Below, piece by piece: positions 60,000-64,000 of a stretch of 64,000 bases of DNA. The notes under the pieces were generated by a model. The model had not been told where the DNA came from. It made no database searches and saw nothing but the letters and a program-made list of their open reading frames with translations. How positions within the stretch are numbered: the first letter of the stretch is position 1; every line of letters starts with the position of its first letter. The translations under genes and the position numbers were made by a program. Source of the stretch: a virus; the IMG/VR virus record IMGVR_UViG_3300027736_002225; one strand, given 5' to 3'.

Positions 60000-60692
60000 A
60001 TGGCTTTACCAATATTAGAAACTCCATCCTACGAATTGACATTACCTTCAACCGGGAAAACTGTTAAATATAGACCATTCTTAGTTAAAGAATATAAAAT
60101 ACTTTTAACTAATGTAGAAGCAGATGTTGGGGAAATATCTAGAATAGTTACGGAACTTGTAGATAATTGTACGTTTAAAAAATTAGACATAGACAAACTC
60201 GCTCACTTTGATGTTGAATATTTGTTCCTAAATATTCGAGCAAAATCTATAAGTGAAAGTGCCGATATAATTGTAAATTGTATCTGTGAGAATAAAATAG
60301 ATCATACAATTAATATAACAGATCTTAAGGTTACAAAAAATACTGTAGATAATAAGATAATGATAAATGACACAATTGGTGTAGTTTTACGTTATCCAAA
60401 ATTTGATGAAATGTTAGATATACATAATAATGCGGATAGTATTAAAATAGTAGAATTGATTACAAACTGTATAGAAGCAGTATTTACCCCTGAAGATTAT
60501 TATGATAGAAAATCATATTCTCAGGAAGAATTAAATACATTTGTTAGTGCATTTACAAAGAAACAATTTGATTTGTTGGAAGAATTTTTTAGAAACATTC
60601 CTAAACTTGTACATCATATTGAGGCAGAATGTCCTAAATGTAACCATTTAAATATTGTAGACTTGGAGGGTCTACAAAATTTTTTCGTCTAA
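60000..60692 (+). CDS. gp26: gp26-like baseplate hub assembly protein
   Basis: MALP...P.YELTLPSTGK.VKYRPFLVKE, FDVEYLFLNIRAKS, C-x2-C, EGLQNFF. Confidence 0.85.
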   Translation: MALPILETPSYELTLPSTGKTVKYRPFLVKEYKILLTNVEADVGEISRIVTELVDNCTFKKLDIDKLAHFDVEYLFLNIRAKSISESADIIVNCICENKIDHTINITDLKVTKNTVDNKIMINDTIGVVLRYPKFDEMLDIHNNADSIKIVELITNCIEAVFTPEDYYDRKSYSQEELNTFVSAFTKKQFDLLEEFFRNIPKLVHHIEAECPKCNHLNIVDLEGLQNFFV

Positions 60693-60880
60693 CTCTTTCT
60701 CATGAAAGTCTTGTAAATTATTTTCAATTAAATTTTTCGTTAATGCAGCACCATAAATACTCATTAACAGAAATAGAAAATATGTTGCCATGGGAAAGAG
60801 AAATATACGTTTCGTTATTAGTAAATTATATCAATGAGGAAAATGAAAAAATAAAAGCTAAAAAAGCAGCAAGGGGTTAA
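60680..60880 (+). CDS. gp51: gp51-like segment in the -1 frame, probably reached by frameshift (first ATG only at 60743)
   Basis: Manual translation FFRLTLSHESLVNYFQLNFSLMQHHKYSLTEIENMLPWEREIYVSLL...; slippery heptamer T TTT TTC at 60680-60686. Confidence 0.75.
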   Translation, partial: FFRLTLSHESLVNYFQLNFSLMQHHKYSLTEIENMLPWEREIYVSLLVNYINEENEKIKAKKAARG

Positions 60881-60882
60881 AA

Positions 60883-61500
60883 ATGGCCGAAGAACAAGAA
60901 GAAAAAATGAGTGCTAGTGAAAAGAAAAAAGAAGATTGGATGAACAGCAAATGGCGTCCAATGATGGGTTGGATGTATATGTCTGTATGTACTTTTGATT
61001 TTGTAATTGCTCCTATTTTTTGGAGTTTACTACAATCATTAAGTAAAGGATCAGTTAACGTCCAATGGCAGCCATTAACTCTACAGGGGGCAGGATTATT
61101 CCACGTAGCAATGGGAGCTGTACTTGGTATTGCTGCACATGGTAGAACTCAAGAAAAATTAAACGGTGCTAATAACGGAGGTATGCAATTGCCATCCAAC
61201 GCTGGCACAACGTATGTGCCGCCCGGCGCACAAAATACAGTAAATGTAAGCAATCAACCCGGAGGAATGAACAATGGAGGATTTAATTCACCAGCAGGTG
61301 GCTCAACAGCATTTGGCGCACCAGCAGCAGGAGGTTTCGGCAACTCCGGTGGGTTTGATGCACCAGTCCCCGCATCAAACGGCTTTGGTAGCAGTCCAAG
61401 CGCTGGAGCGTCTACGTTTGGATCTCCGGTTGGATTCGGAAATCCTTCACCACAATCAAGCTTAGCAATAAAACCGGTGGTTAGAAGACCTGCCCTATAA
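60883..61500 (+). CDS. Holin-like membrane protein (3TM/GTA-holin-like) with a Gly/Phe-rich tail
   Basis: KWRPMMGWMY, hydrophobic segments, GAVLGIAAHGRTQEK. Confidence 0.65.
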   Translation: MAEEQEEKMSASEKKKEDWMNSKWRPMMGWMYMSVCTFDFVIAPIFWSLLQSLSKGSVNVQWQPLTLQGAGLFHVAMGAVLGIAAHGRTQEKLNGANNGGMQLPSNAGTTYVPPGAQNTVNVSNQPGGMNNGGFNSPAGGSTAFGAPAAGGFGNSGGFDAPVPASNGFGSSPSAGASTFGSPVGFGNPSPQSSLAIKPVVRRPAL

Positions 61501-63050
61501 TGGATACAACATCAAATTCTGAAAATCCACTTGTTGAATTAATTCAATTATTCGGCAAGGATGGGCTGGCGCATAAAGATATAAATGATTTAAAAACTGC
61601 TTTAGATACACTTACTGCAACACTAGAAAAACGTGCAGGAAAACCTGAAGAAGACCCCAACGCATCTCCAAAAACGTTACTTGGAAATATTAAAGATTTT
61701 GGTAAAGGGTTTGCGTCCCCTATTACAAAAGATTTGCCGAAATTTCTTGGATTTGGAAAATCTTCTTTGCCCGAAAATATTAACAAAGTTGCAACTGAAG
61801 AACCCCCCGAAACAATTGAACCAACTGAACCAATATTACAAACGCCAAATGAAACTTCGGTTGTAGAAAATAAATTTGGAGATATGGGAAACGTAATTCC
61901 TAGAGAAGATTTGGTTCAAGATACTCCAAAAGAAATTTCTCCGTCTGTTACAGTACCTCCTTCGGTTTCTTCTGAATCTACAAATAAAGTATTATCGGAC
62001 ATGGTTGAAGTTCTTATAGATTTAAAAGATGATAAGACCCAAAAACAAATACTTGAAGAAGCAATAAACATTAAAAAAATTATTGCCAATAATATGGTAT
62101 CTTCTTCGGATAAAGCAAAAGGAATTGAACCAAATTCTGAAAGTGCTAAAAATGAAGATAGGGAAAAATTGGCAGAGGCAATTGCTGATAAATTGTCTGA
62201 CGTATTGTCTGCTGCCGGTGGAGGTGGCGGTATCGGCATAGACATTCCTGGGAGTTCAGGCGGCAAAGGTTCTGGCGGCAAATCTAGCGGCGGCAAGCCA
62301 GGTTCACCAAGTCGTATTGGACCTTCGGTAGCAGCAATCGGTAGAACAGCAGTAGCCGGGGCAGCAGTAACCGGTGCCGTTTCTGGTCTAGATTATGTTG
62401 CAGGAGAATTTGGTGTTGGTAAAGACGAAAAAGGAAATGATCTTAAGATAGACGAATCTCAGGATGATAAAAATTGGGAAAAAATGTCTACCGGCCAGCA
62501 AGTAATTTCTGGTGTGGGTCGCGGCATTGAAAAGGTAGGCGATCTACTTCCTTTTAACGCTTTATCGAATACAGTTAGACAAGCAAAATATGATAGGATT
62601 AATGCTGAAACAGCTGGCTTAAAACAAGATTCAGAAAAAGATAAATTAGAATTACCTAGTCCAGACGAAGCCAAATATATTTTACAAAAGGGAACAACTG
62701 AAGAAATAAAAAATTGGGGCGGAGAAGAAAAACTTAAAGGTATAATAAAACAATCAGAAACAATACAACCAAGTAATAAAACATTAAAGTTTCCAAATCA
62801 ACCTACAGAATTAGTTTCGCCAAAAGAATCGCCGGCACTAAAAAATGTTTTAGAAAACGTAACTGGTACAAATACAGATTTAAAATTAAGTCCACAAACA
62901 ACACAAACAAATACAATTGCGCCGTTCGTATCAAATAAAGTCGTAAATAATACAGAACAAACAATTATAGGTACTCCGCCCTCTCCTCATTCCAGTTTTA
63001 GCTCATTTAATAGGTGGCAAGATAAACGATCAACATACACGGATAGATAG
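61500..63050 (+). CDS. Putative tape-measure / hub (gp29-position) protein
   Basis: Low-complexity 516-aa ORF downstream of gp26/gp51; Gly-rich hinge; NKVVNNT near the C-terminus. Positional inference only. Confidence 0.4.
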   Translation: MDTTSNSENPLVELIQLFGKDGLAHKDINDLKTALDTLTATLEKRAGKPEEDPNASPKTLLGNIKDFGKGFASPITKDLPKFLGFGKSSLPENINKVATEEPPETIEPTEPILQTPNETSVVENKFGDMGNVIPREDLVQDTPKEISPSVTVPPSVSSESTNKVLSDMVEVLIDLKDDKTQKQILEEAINIKKIIANNMVSSSDKAKGIEPNSESAKNEDREKLAEAIADKLSDVLSAAGGGGGIGIDIPGSSGGKGSGGKSSGGKPGSPSRIGPSVAAIGRTAVAGAAVTGAVSGLDYVAGEFGVGKDEKGNDLKIDESQDDKNWEKMSTGQQVISGVGRGIEKVGDLLPFNALSNTVRQAKYDRINAETAGLKQDSEKDKLELPSPDEAKYILQKGTTEEIKNWGGEEKLKGIIKQSETIQPSNKTLKFPNQPTELVSPKESPALKNVLENVTGTNTDLKLSPQTTQTNTIAPFVSNKVVNNTEQTIIGTPPSPHSSFSSFNRWQDKRSTYTDR

Positions 63051-63055
63051 TCAAT

Positions 63056-63085
63056 AAAAAAGCCCAGTTTCCTGGGCTTTCTTTT
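63056..63085. terminator. Bidirectional intrinsic terminator between convergent genes
   Basis: AAAAAAGCCCAG-TTTC-CTGGGCTTTCTTTT. Confidence 0.85.
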
Positions 63086-63275
63086 ACTTCTTCAATTCTG
63101 AAGGTCTTTTAACCTTTGGTTTAGGTTTTTTGACCTTCTTTTCATTTTTATGCCTATTTTCAATCTTTCGAATTTCAAGATTGTTTTTCTTAACCGGGGT
63201 TGCCGCTACAGCAAACCCCGAATGAGCCATTACTAAAGATGTACATAATATAATTACGCTTGCTTTAAAACTCAT
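63084..63275 (-). CDS. Small basic protein with signal peptide; likely start at 63275
   Basis: MSFKASVIILCTSLVMAHSGFAVAA followed by a Lys-rich tail; AAGGA RBS upstream. Confidence 0.6.
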   Translation of the reverse strand: MSFKASVIILCTSLVMAHSGFAVAATPVKKNNLEIRKIENRHKNEKKVKKPKPKVKRPSELKK

Positions 63276-63288
63276 TTTATTTCCTTTA

Positions 63289-64000
63289 TTAGTCGTCGCT
63301 CGCCAACTTTGAGAAATATGACAAAGATTCATCGTCATCGTCAAAATTTACATCCTGTTTAGGAGTAGGTGTTGGAGCTCGAGTAACTTGTGCTGCTGGT
63401 TTTGTAAATGTTGTACCTTCATCTAGATCAACACTTTCTGCAGGTTTAACCGGAGGTGCACCATTAGAAAGAACCATAGTAAGTTTTTTCTTCAACTCAT
63501 CATATGATTTAAAGTTCTTAGGTTCTAAGAACGCAGTCAATGAATGTTGTTTAGACCAGATTGCCTCGATGATAGAATCATCATTGGATACTGGACTCGG
63601 ACTATCAAATTCTGATTTGTCATAATTACGATATCCCTCTACATTGCGAATCTTCAACTTGAAGTTTGCACCTTCCCAGAAATCAAACGGGTTAAGTGGT
63701 TTCTCATCCTCAAATTGTGGCTCTGCAACGTCTTTAATCTTATCAAAGATTTTCTTACCAAACTTATACAAGAATACTTTACCCTCATTCTCGGGATGCT
63801 TAGTATCCTGTACAATAAGAATATTTGTGATATAAGTTAGTTTACGTTTCTGTTTTCGAGCAACTTCTTTATTTGCTTCTGAACCGGAATTCCATAGTTC
63901 AGTATTAAGTTCTGAAACAGGATCTTGTTTACCAAGAGTAGTTAAAGAATTCTCAATATACCATTTTCCGGTAGGTCCCTGAAAACCATGATTCCAAATG
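63289..64000 (-). CDS. gp32: gp32 single-stranded DNA-binding protein (5' end outside the window)
   Basis: WNHGFQGPTGKWYIENSLTTLG, FGKKIFDKI, FDFWEGANFKLKI, NYDKSEF, acidic tail ending SYFSKLASDD. Confidence 0.96.
   Translation of the reverse strand, partial: IWNHGFQGPTGKWYIENSLTTLGKQDPVSELNTELWNSGSEANKEVARKQKRKLTYITNILIVQDTKHPENEGKVFLYKFGKKIFDKIKDVAEPQFEDEKPLNPFDFWEGANFKLKIRNVEGYRNYDKSEFDSPSPVSNDDSIIEAIWSKQHSLTAFLEPKNFKSYDELKKKLTMVLSNGAPPVKPAESVDLDEGTTFTKPAAQVTRAPTPTPKQDVNFDDDDESLSYFSKLASDD

Noticed and set aside
359-63835. Numerous 60-140 aa ORFs on the strand opposite, or in alternate frames within, the recognised genes
   Set aside because: They are shadow ORFs fully overlapping well-conserved phage genes, with no RBS or recognisable motifs.

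Overview
AT-rich 64 kb segment of a large T4-like myovirus, similar in gene content to cyanophage, pelagiphage and freshwater 'T4-superfamily' phages. The host cannot be determined from this window. Almost all genes lie on the minus strand. From left to right the window holds: (1) a late-promoter-driven nucleotide-sugar and glycosyltransferase operon (aminotransferase, RfbH/E1-like 3-dehydrase, two putative GTs, GT10 fucosyltransferase-like, gmd); (2) a CobS-like AAA ATPase with a VWA/peptidase partner, and a peptide deformylase; (3) gp46/gp47; (4) a 7-deazaguanine DNA-modification cluster between gp47 and gp55 (queE, folE, DEDDh nuclease, GT-B, dpdA, a DpdL-like T-fold protein, a second GT-B, queD, with no queC or queF in the window); (5) gp55, uvsW, uvsY; (6) the head, neck, tail and baseplate module; (7) a short plus-strand block (gp4, gp2, gp54-like, gp26/gp51-like, holin, tape-measure-like); (8) the 3' part of gp32. 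The most interesting candidates are: a deazaguanine pathway coupled to two glycosyltransferases, which could give a glycosylated deazaguanine base; a preQ1-I-like pseudoknot leader with an RBS-occluding hairpin upstream of queD, a candidate phage riboswitch; a -1 frameshift site fusing gp26 to gp51; a G-rich hexamer microsatellite in the cobS 5' UTR; and an antisense sigma70-type promoter inside the neck genes. All gene calls come from motif recognition and synteny, and no database search was run.
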